From assembly GCA_963796965.1 (NCBI GenBank), contig CAWCNS010000011.1:1-64000 (forward strand): a DNA stretch of 64,000 nucleotides, given 5' to 3'. Source of the stretch: Calditrichia bacterium. GTDB lineage: Bacteria; Calditrichota; Calditrichia; JAJRVZ01. The number at the start of each line of letters is the position of its first letter. The first letter of the stretch is position 1. This document shows, one piece after another, positions 10,602 through 22,167 of the stretch. A model generated the notes under the pieces. The model saw only the letters and a program-made list of their open reading frames with translations. It had not been told where the DNA came from and made no database searches. A program made the position numbers and the translations under genes.

Positions 10602-11376
10602 TGTGATATATTTATTAACATAGTTATACATTTTATCAATTTTTCCAAAAAAAAACAAAAATAATTCGAATAGGTGTAAGGTGTCCGGGTTTGAAGTAGC
10701 GACGCGATTAATCGCTTCGGGGTTATATAATTCTAGCCTCGGGCAATGCCCGCGGTCGAGATATAGGAAAAAGTTTAAACCTGAGGGGATATAATAAATT
10801 CAAAAATGGGATTTGGGATTTATTTGTTATTTGTTACTTGGAGATTGAATATTGTTTGTTATTTGTCAAAACATCGCGTACTAATTGAAAATTATATATT
10901 ACATTTAGACGTCTATAAGTTAAATAAGGTGTCGATATGATAATACGTAATTTTTGGATCACCAGCAGAAGCAGGATTGCACTTATAGATCCCGTATTTT
11001 TTTTAGAGCACATTTTGTGGGAGATTTGAAATCCATTTGGTCCGATTCCTTCTGTTGAAATGGCTACAGAGGTGAGGAATTTTATATTAGGATACGTTTT
11101 TCCGTTCACTAAAGCAAAATATTTTCCCTCAGGGGAACAATCTTGCCTTATTCAGTTAGGATTTCCAGTAATTTTGAAAATTGTTTACGATTATAACCTG
11201 AAGGTAGTTTTATTTACTAATAATTCTATGAAAATCTTCCCAAAAGGCTCCCTTCCGGTATGGCCAACAAAAATTTTCAAATTATTCGGGTAATTTCTCA
11301 TACATTTTCATCTTAATTTAAGGATTAAATATTTTTGACGATAATGACAATAACGCAAAATGGGAGGATTTTCACT

Positions 11377-12459
11377 GTGAATAAATATGTTCTGGCCGTA
11401 ATTCTGGTAATTTCATTAATACTCTTAAACTATTGCGGTACATCAACCAAAGTAAAAGTATTAAAACCAGCCGAACTGGATGTCGGTTCGGTTAAAAAAG
11501 TCGCCGTTCTTGATTTTGATTTCATGGGAAGTTGGGACTTTGCCAGTGAGAATGAAACACCTACCACCCTTAAACAACTGGGCGGCATGTTAATGAAAAA
11601 TATGTTTGACACAAAAAAACCACCCGATCCCTATGAGGCCTATCCGGGGAGAAAGATATCCGACAACCTTGTCTCCAGACTCGTATCCAATAAATACTAT
11701 ACCGTAATCGAACGAACGGAACTATCTAAAGTCCTGGAAGAACAAACTTTGTCTTTAAGTGGGGTAATCGATGAGACCCAGGCAGCTGAAGTTGGTAAAC
11801 TGTTAGGTGCGGAGGGTCTGATCATGGGATCCGGGACTTACTCTATTAAAGATAATGGAAGTTGGGAAACCTACAAAGAGAAAAAAGTTGAAAAGAAAAG
11901 ATATCGGATTTACAGGGGTGTAACAGTCCAAATCAATTTTAAAATAGTTAATGTCACAACCGGAACAATTGTTGCATCAAGAACAAACTCGGTTTCAAAC
12001 GGAAAAAATAAGAAATATTCATCGACTGGAAAAAATGAGCGGGAAGCGATAAAGAGCGTACCTGACTGGCGTCCGATCGTTGATGAACTCGTCAACAGGG
12101 TTCTATCTATGACAATAAATCAAATTGCACCTCATTATGTAACCGAAAGCAGCAAAATTGAAGAGGGAGAGTCTGATCAGATGGAGGCTGCAGTAGAATA
12201 TGTTAAGCGGGATCTTTGGGATGATGCCGTAGAGATATGGGAAATGGTCCTTCAAAATCCTTCTGCTGACCAAGAGGATAAGGTAGCGGCTACTTACAAT
12301 ATTGGACTATATTATGAGTTGATTGGCCAACTTGATCTGGCTGAGGAATATTTTGACAGAGGCTTTAAAATGTCAGGAAATGATGACTATCTTGATTCAA
12401 AGGCACGTATAGACAGACGCAGAAAAGAGTTAAAACGTCTGCAAGAACAGCAGGGTTAA
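11377..12459 (+). CDS. CsgG/HfaB-family lipoprotein with C-terminal TPR-like helices
   Basis: GGAGG then GTG 11377; lipobox-like LLNYC; VIERTELSKVLEEQ...AAEVGKLLGA CsgG motif; YNIGLYYE TPR. Confidence 0.8.
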   Translation: MNKYVLAVILVISLILLNYCGTSTKVKVLKPAELDVGSVKKVAVLDFDFMGSWDFASENETPTTLKQLGGMLMKNMFDTKKPPDPYEAYPGRKISDNLVSRLVSNKYYTVIERTELSKVLEEQTLSLSGVIDETQAAEVGKLLGAEGLIMGSGTYSIKDNGSWETYKEKKVEKKRYRIYRGVTVQINFKIVNVTTGTIVASRTNSVSNGKNKKYSSTGKNEREAIKSVPDWRPIVDELVNRVLSMTINQIAPHYVTESSKIEEGESDQMEAAVEYVKRDLWDDAVEIWEMVLQNPSADQEDKVAATYNIGLYYELIGQLDLAEEYFDRGFKMSGNDDYLDSKARIDRRRKELKRLQEQQG

Positions 12460-12500
12460 ATTCATACTGCAGCGTTGCTACCATCAAAGAAAAGATGTAG

Positions 12501-12528
12501 AGACGCCCCGATGGGGCGTCTTTTTTTT
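12501..12528 (+). terminator. Intrinsic terminator (also a GTAG-type REP)
   Basis: AGACGCCCC-GAT-GGGGCGTCT followed by a T-run, between convergent genes. Confidence 0.8.
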
Positions 12529-12545
12529 ATGAAAAGAAGCGCACA

Positions 12546-13786
12546 TCATAAGAATTTATTTACGGCCTGAAACATCGCTACAATATTCTCAGCCGGTACA
12601 TTGGCCATAATATTATGTACCTGCTGAAACACAAATCCCCCACCCGTGTTAAGGATTTCTAACTGCTGATTTACATGGGTTTTTATCTGATCAGGAGTTC
12701 CATTCGGAAGTATATCCCGTGTATCACACCCTCCCCCCCATAGCGTAAGTTTGCGCCAAATACCTTCTTGAGTTCCCTGTATCCATTCCCAGCGATGTTA
12801 TCTGTACCGGATTCATGCATCCATACCTGCTTCTATCAAATCATCAATATCGGCCGGATACCTCCGCAACTATGCAGTTGGACTTTAACATCGGCCAATT
12901 GTTTGCCCGTTATCCATAATCGTTTGTGGTAAGGCTTATAGAACTCACGATACATTTCCGGTGAAAAAAGAGGGCCATTCTGCCCACCAAGATCTTCCCC
13001 ACCAAAAAGTATAATATCAATGTATGGCCCAACTGCCCCAAGCCATTTTTCCAGATTTTTCATATAGATGCACGTTAATTTTTCAGAGAGCGCATGAATA
13101 CCGTCCGGATATAATGCCATATACATGAGATATTTTTCATTTTTGAATAAATATTGCGGAACTTCAAATATACTTCCCCCAAAAAGACCGACGATCGCCC
13201 TGTCTGTCTTTTCACGAAGTACCCTGGCTCTCCTTGCTAATTCTGCAAGGCCATCTTCATTAAGCGAAAGATGAGCACCCGGATGTACGGCCGACATCCA
13301 CATGCACTCCTCAAAGGAATCCTCGATATCTTCAAAATTTCCGGAAGCAAAATTGAAATTTTCCAGCGGGTAATGACATTGTTCAAAATATAAACACCCT
13401 TTTTTTTGAACACCCAAATCCACTCCCCCATCCGACAATAAAAACCAGTCGTCGCCACGTTTTTCTACCTTAATGTAGAAGGGTATCAGGCAAGGCGTAC
13501 CATCCGGCAAAACCCATTCTTTCCAATCGCTATCTTCCAAGAGGAAACCTCTCCCCAATTCGATAGTATCAACCTGGAATAAATCCAGAATATCTTCATC
13601 GACAATAGCCAATTGCTGAATCATATCATAAACACGAATCGGCCGCGGTGACAATCCTAAATATTTACGCAGATTCGAATAGGCAATAGCAGAAATTCCC
13701 GACGAGCGGTGTCCGGAAAAATCAATCGGGACTTTATCCGGCTGTTTATGAGACATGGCTGCGAGTATGCGGGTTCGGGAATCCAT
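12546..13786 (-). CDS. Uroporphyrinogen decarboxylase/MtaA-CmuA methyltransferase family protein, frameshifted at 3' end
   Basis: RILAAMSHKQPDKVP, DLGGQNGPLFSPEMYREFYKP, LHSCG; C-terminal GGFVFQQVHNIMANVPAENIVAM in another frame. Confidence 0.85.
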
Positions 13787-13827
13787 TCTTTGTCCTGATT
13801 GTTACTTTAGAGCACATGGAAGTTCAA

Positions 13828-13955
13828 AATGTCAAATGTCTAAAATCCCAATGTCAAATGAATGTCCAAATCTCAATCTCAATATTTCCGGGACTTGATT
13901 GGAGATTGAGTCATTTGAATTTGATTTGTCATTGGGATTTTAGACATTTGACATT
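13828..13955. repeat. Long heptamer-based inverted repeat (gene-less)
   Basis: 13828-13859 and 13924-13955 are 31/32 complementary. Confidence 0.9.
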
Positions 13956-13958
13956 ATA

Positions 13959-15251
13959 TTAAACTATCTCCATCTTCTCCTTATTATAATGGAATACTTT
14001 CTGTTTTTTGTTCGCCATCATGGCCATTTGTAAAACAGTTTGTGTTCGATAAGCCAGATCCATTGGACTCCAGGTGTTAGTATTTCCAGTCCGATAACAC
14101 TCCAGTAAATTTTTCCAATGATTAAGTATTATTTTCCCCATTTTCAATCGGAATTGTCTGAGGTGCTTTTGCCCCTTTTTCCCTAATGGGTGTATAGATA
14201 ATATCCTTATTATTTTTATGAATCGTTAAGTGAACCTTCCCAGCCTCTGATAACCGGACATCTTTGTCCTGATCCTCTTAAAACAGTGGAATTAAAATCA
14301 TTGGCCTGTGTACCCAAAACAGAAATCGTAACTTTTTCCGGATATTGGGCAATTAAATTAAAGGTATCCGGTACATCTCTTAATTCGTAATCATATCGAT
14401 GAATACCTCCTAAGGCGACAACACTTTCCGGCATATCAACTCCCAGGATATCAATAACCTGCGTCAGGCTATGGGGATAGAGATCAGTAACCGGACCGCC
14501 GGCATAATCCTCAAATAGCCGCCAACGGAAGAAACGGTCGACTGAGAAATCACGTTTGGGTGAATCACCTAAAAATGCTTCCCAATTCAAATCCTTACCG
14601 GCAACAGCGTTGGGATCATCAATTTTCATTTCTCTTTCCCCCCAATCGCCGATACGGAAAAATCCCGTCTCACCATCAAGAGGTTGGCCGATTAATCCCT
14701 CTTTAACAAGTTTTTTCATCTGATGCCAGACAGAATCACTCATTGCCTGAGTGCCCAAGCTGAAAAATTCCCTTTTTCGCCTGGACTGTTTTTAAAAGCT
14801 TTTTTGTCAAATCGAACTGTCGCCAGTGGGTTATTGGTTTCTCACAATAGACACCCTTTCCTGCCTCTATGGCATCAATTGCCTGATAGCCGTGAATATG
14901 ATCCGGTGTAGCAATACAAACCACGTCAATATTTTTATTTGCAAGAAGTTCACGATGATCATCATAAGCTTCGGCTTTATAAGCTGATGCTGCTGCTTCC
15001 AATCGGGGACGATAAATATCGCATACTGCGAGTATCTCGATATTCTCTCCTTCTTCCTTTAACTGACTTAACATTCGCAAATGACTTCCTCCCCTTCCAC
15101 CGGTTCCAATTACACCGATACCCAAGGTATCATTTGGACTGTTGTTTCTGGCCCAGGAATGATTAACTGCTGCCGCACCTAGCAATACCGACGAGGTAGC
15201 CAGACTTGATTTTTGAATAAACGATCTTCGTGTAATGGATTTTTCTCGCAT
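13959..15251 (-). CDS. Tat-exported Gfo/Idh/MocA oxidoreductase, frameshifted
   Basis: TRRSFIQ leader, GVIGTGGRG, IATPDHIH, VYCEKP, WRLFEDYAGGPVTD. Confidence 0.85.
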
Positions 15252-15272
15252 CTTTTATCCCTCCTCTATTTG

Positions 15273-16232
15273 TTAATCTTTTTTTGAGTTTTTTAGCCAA
15301 AATTGATATACTTTTTCAATTTGTTCAGGATCGACTATACCATCCCAGAGAGCAACACCATATTTGAGTGTTAGCATCTCTCCCTCCCTGAGGGACAATG
15401 GCTCTTCATGCAGACGCAGCGTAGCTGCCATGTAGGCGAATGGTTCTTTCATTGTGAACCACGTTGCCGGGCTGCGTGGATTTTCAGGAGAACTAAACAT
15501 GGCAATCGTTACTTTTTTTCCATCTACTTCAGATGCATAGGCACACCAACGGTCAGGGATCAACCTCTCCTCACCGCGAAAAATCTCACCACTCTTATTT
15601 TCTGCAGTAAAAAAACGACCATTTTTATCCATAGATCGTACAAAGCGCATACCAAGACCATTATAATGAGCCCCGGACAGCTCAACCGAAGACTTCAGGT
15701 CCGAACCGATAAAAGTACTCTGCCAGGTATACAGGTTAGTGTTCAAGGATGCGACATGTCTTCCTCTGATAGATCGAATTTCAGATAAAAGCGTCTGGTC
15801 TTTTTTTGCATCCATCCAACTAACATTTACGACAAATCCGCCCTCATCGTCATTGGTGGTTACTTCCCGGTAATCTCCGCTAATTTGAAATCCACTTGTA
15901 GCAGTTTCCTCCCAGAAATTAATACCGTCCAACTTACAGGCAAACATCAACCCATGATGATGCTTATGATCATCCGGGCTATCCAGAAGTACATTTAGCC
16001 CTGCCGGTGTCATCAATTCTTTTACATAGGGTTTAAAGGCATTTTTTGCCTGCTTATATAAAAGCAACTTTTCATCTCCGACATAGATCATGATATTAAA
16101 ATCATCTGAAATGATGTGGTACTCAGTTTTCTGGATCATGAGTTCACCCTTTTCTGCTGCTATTAGTACCCCATATCCTGCAAAAAAGAGAAACAAATAA
16201 AAGACTGTACAACTTATGGTAAAGAATTTCAT
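15273..16232 (-). CDS. PmoA-family/DUF6807-like secreted protein
   Basis: AAGGAG then ATG 16232; KPYVKEL.TPAG, PDDHKHHHGL, NFWEE, YNGLGMR motifs. Confidence 0.7.
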   Translation of the reverse strand: MKFFTISCTVFYLFLFFAGYGVLIAAEKGELMIQKTEYHIISDDFNIMIYVGDEKLLLYKQAKNAFKPYVKELMTPAGLNVLLDSPDDHKHHHGLMFACKLDGINFWEETATSGFQISGDYREVTTNDDEGGFVVNVSWMDAKKDQTLLSEIRSIRGRHVASLNTNLYTWQSTFIGSDLKSSVELSGAHYNGLGMRFVRSMDKNGRFFTAENKSGEIFRGEERLIPDRWCAYASEVDGKKVTIAMFSSPENPRSPATWFTMKEPFAYMAATLRLHEEPLSLREGEMLTLKYGVALWDGIVDPEQIEKVYQFWLKNSKKD

Positions 16233-16534
16233 TATATTTACTCCTTCTGTATTAAGTTGTAGTTTCAAAATGAAAAAAGTCTTTTTTAACGCTGAAAACA
16301 CTAGTTCCGCAGAGTTAATTTTCTCTTTTAAATAATAACAACTATTTTTCTTCGCGCTCTCCGCATTTCTGCGTTTATAAAATACGTTATATTTTGCTAC
16401 ACTTTTATTTTTTCATGAATTTTAATATCACCTAATAAGGAAGGTAAAAATATATCATACTAACTTTTAAATTTGAATAATCACGTTATCAAGTCAACAG
16501 CATTTGTGGCATTTTTTTACAAGGGGTACCACCA

Positions 16535-17915
16535 TTAACCCTCTACAATACCCCAGGGTTTACGGTTTTTCCACATTCCCCGGGTAAAATCAGGTATGTC
16601 GACGGGTTTACTTCTGTTGGCGACAGAGATTTCACTCACCTCGGAAATACAACTAAGTGCTGCCGAATCATAAACATCCATATCCGTTGGTTCTCCCTTT
16701 CTCAGACATTGTATCAGACGATAATCTTCCAGGAAGTCCATGCCCCCATGACCGGCACCCTTTGCTATCTCACCGATTTTCCGCCATAAGGGATGTTCAT
16801 ATTTTTTCATATAGTTTTCAAGAGGTTCCCATTCATGAGCAGGACTTATACCCTCAATGTGAATCCGATCCGGATACCCCATTGAAATCGCCTTTGTTCC
16901 CTGTACCAGGTCAATTCTACTATAGGGTCTGGGTAAATTTGTATCATGATATAAAGTAATCGTCATTCCATTGACTGTTTTTATCATGGAAACATTCACA
17001 TCCCCAAGGGCGTAGTCAACTTTTGCATATTCACTATCCTGGCCATATTTTTGTGCTGCATATGCCTTCAGGCCTCGGGCCGGGGTGCTCATCGATACCA
17101 GATAATCAAAGCGATCACCCCGGTTGATATCCATACAATTCGCCACGGGTCCCAGACCATGCGTTGGGTAAAGATTTCCATTACGCTTTATAGAATGTTT
17201 GATCCGCCAGTCATCAACATAATTATCACCTGTTTTATTGCTTCGCAAATCATGCAGGTATCCGCAGGCCCCATGAAGTATTTCTCCAAAAACGCCCTGC
17301 CGCACCATGTTCAGGACCGTTAATTCCCGCTTACCATAATTACAATTTTCCATCATTACACAATGCTTATTAAATTTCTCTGCCGTTTCCACCATCTCCC
17401 AACATTGATCCAGAGTAACGGCAGAGGGGACTTCTGTCGCGGCATGTTTTCCATTTTTCATGGCTGCGACCATTACTGGTACATGCCAATTCCATGGTGT
17501 TGCCGTGAAAACCAAATCCAGTTCCTCTGTTTCACACATACGCACATAATCATGCTCACCTTTAGAATAACCTGCCGGTTTTGGTAATCCTGCTTCCGTT
17601 ACCCAGTTTTGTATTTTTTCTACCCTCTCAGGAAGTTTATCACAGATCGCTTTTATTTCGACACCATCAATACGCATAAAATTTTTAACATGGTTTGAAC
17701 CCTGACTTCCAACACCAACAAATCCAATACGAACTGTATCGAGGGGATCCACTTCAGGAAGTTTTGCTTGTGAACTTGAGCTTGTGTGAAGTATCATTAC
17801 AACTCTGGAGTGTAATACCAGCTACCGCCGCACCAAGTCCTGCCGCAGCACCAATGCGTAGAAAATCACGTCTATTTAATTGATCGTTTTGCTGATTATT
17901 TTTCTCATCCCTCAT
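16535..17915 (-). CDS. GH109 NAD-dependent alpha-N-acetylgalactosaminidase-like protein, Tat-exported, frameshifted near 17770
   Basis: NRRDFLR leader; ATPWNWH, EVPSA, MENCNY, YPTHGLGP and GHGGMDF GH109 motifs. Confidence 0.85.
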
Positions 17916-18198
17916 AAATCCTCCGATGATTGTGAATAGCCCCACATAAATTTGAATAAATATGTAATATAAAATAAGGGTATAACGAGCAGTTTGGAAA
18001 GGTTGTACGTCATATACAAAACCCTGTCCGATGTGAACAAAGTATAGAGATTTCTATATTTGCAATTTTAAAAACGTGATATGACTCCCAAGAATATAAG
18101 GAATCTATTTATACAATGCATTTTAGAAGGAATAATTATTGAAAAATCAATCCAGAATGAGTAAACTGCTTAACGTTAAGACAAGAGGAGAAAATGAA

Positions 18199-18747
18199 AT
18201 GAACAAACTGGTAGTATCAATAATAATGATAGCCGTATTTTTTACAGGAGCTTTTGCACAACAAACACAGCAACCTCCTGAAAAGAAACAGAACCAACCA
18301 AGCAAAGTATATTGGGGTGGTGAGCTAGGGCTGAGTTTTGGCAGTTATTTTCGTATCAGTCTTGTGCCCCTTGTCGGGTATAAGGTTACACCTAAATTTC
18401 ACATTGGCGCAAAATTAGGTTTTGCCTATATTGAAGATAACACCTATGAAAATGCTAAGATCACATCCTTTAACTATGGTGGCAGCATTTTCACCCGATA
18501 TTTACTTTTCAGGGGCCTGTATGCCCATGGCGAATTCGTTTACTGGAGTTATAAATACCAAACAGAAAATTTTGAAGGAGACCGGACCTGGGTACCATTT
18601 ATTATGTTAGGTGGAGGATATATGTTCCCTGTCGGTCCCGGCGTTTCACTATTTGTAGAAGCATTGTGGGATGTGTTACAGGATGAAAACTCGCCTTATG
18701 ACTCCGCCAGTCCTCAGGTTAAAGTGGGTGTTGGTGTGGGATTGTAA
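18199..18747 (+). CDS. Outer-membrane beta-barrel hypothetical protein
   Basis: AGGAG then ATG 18199; signal peptide; YWGGELGLSFG; C-terminal VGVGVGL. Confidence 0.7.
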   Translation: MNKLVVSIIMIAVFFTGAFAQQTQQPPEKKQNQPSKVYWGGELGLSFGSYFRISLVPLVGYKVTPKFHIGAKLGFAYIEDNTYENAKITSFNYGGSIFTRYLLFRGLYAHGEFVYWSYKYQTENFEGDRTWVPFIMLGGGYMFPVGPGVSLFVEALWDVLQDENSPYDSASPQVKVGVGVGL

Positions 18748-18798
18748 GAACTAAGAAAAAAGACAAAAGAAATAAGAGACGCGAAGAGAGAAGAGCGA

Positions 18799-19004
18799 GT
18801 AGAGGCGCATGGCAATGCGCCTAAATATTCAATAATCAATGCAGAGCATTCAATATTCAAGTAGAAAAGCATTTGGCGTATAACCTTTATCGTTAATAAA
18901 TAGATTTAAAGTGTAGAGGCGATCCGAGTGGAATCGCCCGGTTGTATCCAATATCCAACAAGGAGCATTCAATTTTCAAGTAGGGGATTGGCATTGCCAA
19001 GCCT
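18799..19004. repeat. Cluster of GTAG-type REP palindromes with heptamer tails
   Basis: GTAG-AGGCGCAT-GGCA-ATGCGCCT (18799), GTAGAGGCGAT...ATCGCC (18913), GTAGGGGATTGGCATTGCCAAGCCT (18980). Confidence 0.75.
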
Positions 19005-19243
19005 GCAGACTGGAAACTGGAATCTGGTAACAATATAGGGGCTTTGGCGGCTTGAAGACGCCTTTTTACGGGTATCTTACCGAATCCTGACTTTTCGACA
19101 GGATAGGTTTATATTGGCATCAATAACTAATCTTATAAAAATAGATCCTGAAATGAAATAGGATGACTTATTAATTCTATATTTTATTCGTGAAACTTAG
19201 AATAAATTTGTCGTATTTTGTCTTTTTTCTTTTGCCCTAAAGA

Positions 19244-20490
19244 CTACTCATACCGCAACGATTCAACCGGATTTAATGCCGAAGCCTTATAGGCCGGCCA
19301 AAGCCCAAATATCAATCCAATTGCCGTGCAGAAAACCAATCCAATAATCGCCCAGTTCATGGGGAAACTAACCTGAAAACCCGTAAAAATTGAAACCAGG
19401 TTTCCTAATCCAAATCCGATAAGCACCCCAATGGCCCCACCGATATTTGATAAAATAATTGCTTCCAGCAGAAAATGTGATAGAATATTTTTTCTTTTTG
19501 CTCCTAATGATTTACGAACACCAATTTCCCTCGTTCTTTCAGTAACTGAAACCAGCATTATATTCATGATACCGATTCCGGCGACAACAAGCGCTACAAT
19601 TCCAATTACAAAAGCCCCGGTCTTTACACCGGCTGTAGTATTGTTGAATGTCTTAATCTGACTATCATTGGTAAAGATAGTAAAATCATCTTCTTCGTGT
19701 GGTCTTAATCCCCTCTCTTTTCTCATGACTGCTCTGGTTTCAGCTATTGCATCCTCAACAACCTCAGGTGATATGGCTCTAACCGTTATATTGACAGAGC
19801 GTTCCATTCCGCGTCGCTCATCTCTACTTCCATAGATATGCTTTAGAGTTGAAATTGGGATGAGGGTATAATTGTCAAATCTTGCTCCAAAATCTGATGA
19901 TTTTTCTTCAAATACACCAACAACCCTGAACTTTCTACCATCCACCCGGATTATTCTATCTATCGGATCTGTCCAGGGAAATAATTCTTGAGCGATGGCA
20001 GCACCAAGAACAATCACAGATCGTCCAAATTTAATATCTTCATTAGATATGTTGCGACCATGACCAATATAATGGGTATTATTAGGAGGATATTCGGGTG
20101 TGCCACCACAAATAATAACGTTGGAATTTGTTGCTTTGTCACGGTATTTTAGAAGGTGACCGTACTCCACAATTCTGAACCGACCATGCTGACAGTTTTG
20201 ACCTTATCGCGGATGGCATTTGCATGGGCTTCAGTGGTAGGTCGTCTTTTCATGATTTTTCGAAATTCCTCAGCTGTCGTGGGTCCGTTAGCCCACTTTT
20301 GCACCTGAAACACGGTGGAACCCAATACACTTAACTCTTTTTCTATTGTGTTTTGAATAACCGATATTCCGGTCATCACGCCAATAATTGAGGCAACTCC
20401 GGCAATGATCCCGACTAAAGTCAAAGATGATCGGAGCTTGTGGCTGGTAAGAGCCGTAAATGCCATACTGAAAAGTTCAGAAAAACGCAT
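19244..20490 (-). CDS. MacB/FtsX-family ABC permease, frameshifted near 20165
   Basis: KLRSSLTLVGIIAGVASII; GIGIMNIMLVSVTERTREIGVRKSLGA; ends LNPVESLRYE. Confidence 0.9.
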
Positions 20491-20520
20491 CGTTGATATT
20501 CCTTTTTCCTATATTTTTTT

Positions 20521-20685
20521 CTCTCGCAGAGACGCAAAGCCGCAGATGAGAGTCCAATAAAAAATACAAAATAAAGGATATAATAATATTTTTTATTCCT
20601 TACCAAATGGGCTTTGTTATCTTTTTGTATTTTGTATTATTTATTTTTTATTAAATAGCGTTGCGTCTCTGCGTCTTTGCGAGAG
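20521..20685. repeat. Octamer-based hairpin element
   Basis: CTCTCGCAGAGACGCAAAGCCGC ... GCGTTGCGTCTCTGCGTCTTTGCGAGAG. Confidence 0.75.
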
Positions 20686-20690
20686 TTAAC

Positions 20691-21934
20691 TTATTCGTAC
20701 CGTAATGCCTCTATTGGATTTAAACGCGAAGCGCGAAAGCTGGAATGAACCCAGATACGACACCTGTGAGTATTGAAATAAATAAAGCAACAAATACAAT
20801 TGGCAACGAAACACTGGCCGGCATTACATATTGATTGATCAGAGCAGCTACACCAAAAGAAAGAATTACACCTATCACGCCGCCGATCATACAAATGGTT
20901 GCAGCCTCAAATAAGAATTGAATCAAGATCGATTTCTTTTTAGCGCCGATGGCCTTTCTTACACCAATTTCCCTCGTTCTTTCAGTTACGGAAACAAACA
21001 TGATATTCATCACACCGATTCCCCCGACGAACAAAGAGATACCGGTAATACCCAAGCCTATCATAACCACAACCCCCATGACATTATTATAGGCGTCAAT
21101 CAATGTGTCCATAGTGTTGAGAGCAAAATTATCCTTTTGGCTAGGTTTTAATTTACGGATTTTACGCATCTCTCCGATCAACTCATATTCAAAATCCGCC
21201 ATAGCTGCCTGGCTTGGTGCTTTGACTGAAATTGTATAATTACGCTGTGAGCCGCCGAAATATTTTTCAAATGTTGTAATGGGCATAAAAACCTGATTGT
21301 CAAAATTTGGTCCTCCAAAAAAACCGGCACTTCCTCTCTTTTCCATTACACCCACAACCCTGAATTTATACCAGCCAATTTTCATTTTTTTATTGATCGG
21401 ATTTACGTTTTTAAACAAACGTTCCTTGATTTCAATTCCAATAACACACACCATCTTTTTATATTGCACATCAATGGGTGTTAAAAATCGTCCCGATTCA
21501 GGCACACCATCACGGACAACTATGTATTTATCACTCGTACCGAAGACATTGACACCTTCCATCACATTTGATTCATATTTGATATTTTTCCGGGTGCCGG
21601 TTGTAGGGTCAATAGCCACAGCATTTGTCAGGCGGCTTTTTAATTTATTACTGTCTTTGAGTGTTAAATTGGGCCGGTTCCGGTATTCGAAGAAATTTCC
21701 TTGAATAATCCAGGGCATTTTTGAAACATGAAAGACATCGGTACCCACGGCAGAAATGCTCTCTTTAAAATTATTCGCCAAACCATTTGCAGCCGTCATG
21801 GTCGTAGCCACAGCAACAATACCAATAATAATACCCAGGGTCGTTAGTATCCCTCTGGATTTATTGGCCTTAATTGCTGCAAGGGCTAACCTGAACGCTT
21901 CTACTTTTTCATGAATTGATTTCATACGATCCAC
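20691..21934 (-). CDS. MacB/FtsX-family ABC permease, frameshifted near 20730
   Basis: GGIGVMNIMFVSVTERTREIGVRKAIGA; C-terminal LNPIEALRYE in another frame. Confidence 0.9.
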
Positions 21935-22167
21935 TGCATCCTTAGTAGTGATTTTCTCTACGCAGCGCGCTGACGACGCAACGAATTTTATCCACGAATT
22001 CCACTAATTATTACTAATTTCACGAATCTTATTTATATATTATGTTTTTTAATACTTGAATATTGAATATTCTCTTGTTGGTTATTGGATATTCAGGCGC
22101 ATTGCCATGCGCCTCTACGCTCAACACTCTTCGCTCTTTTAATTTTTAATTCGTAACTTCAATTGCT

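Noticed and set aside
10660..11330. ORFs 10834..11109 and 11060..11293
   Set aside because: Divergent intergenic region with repeats; no family similarity or convincing RBS.
15273..16232. Methane monooxygenase subunit
   Set aside because: The family name is misleading; this is a soluble secreted protein among sugar oxidoreductases, with no pmoB/pmoC.
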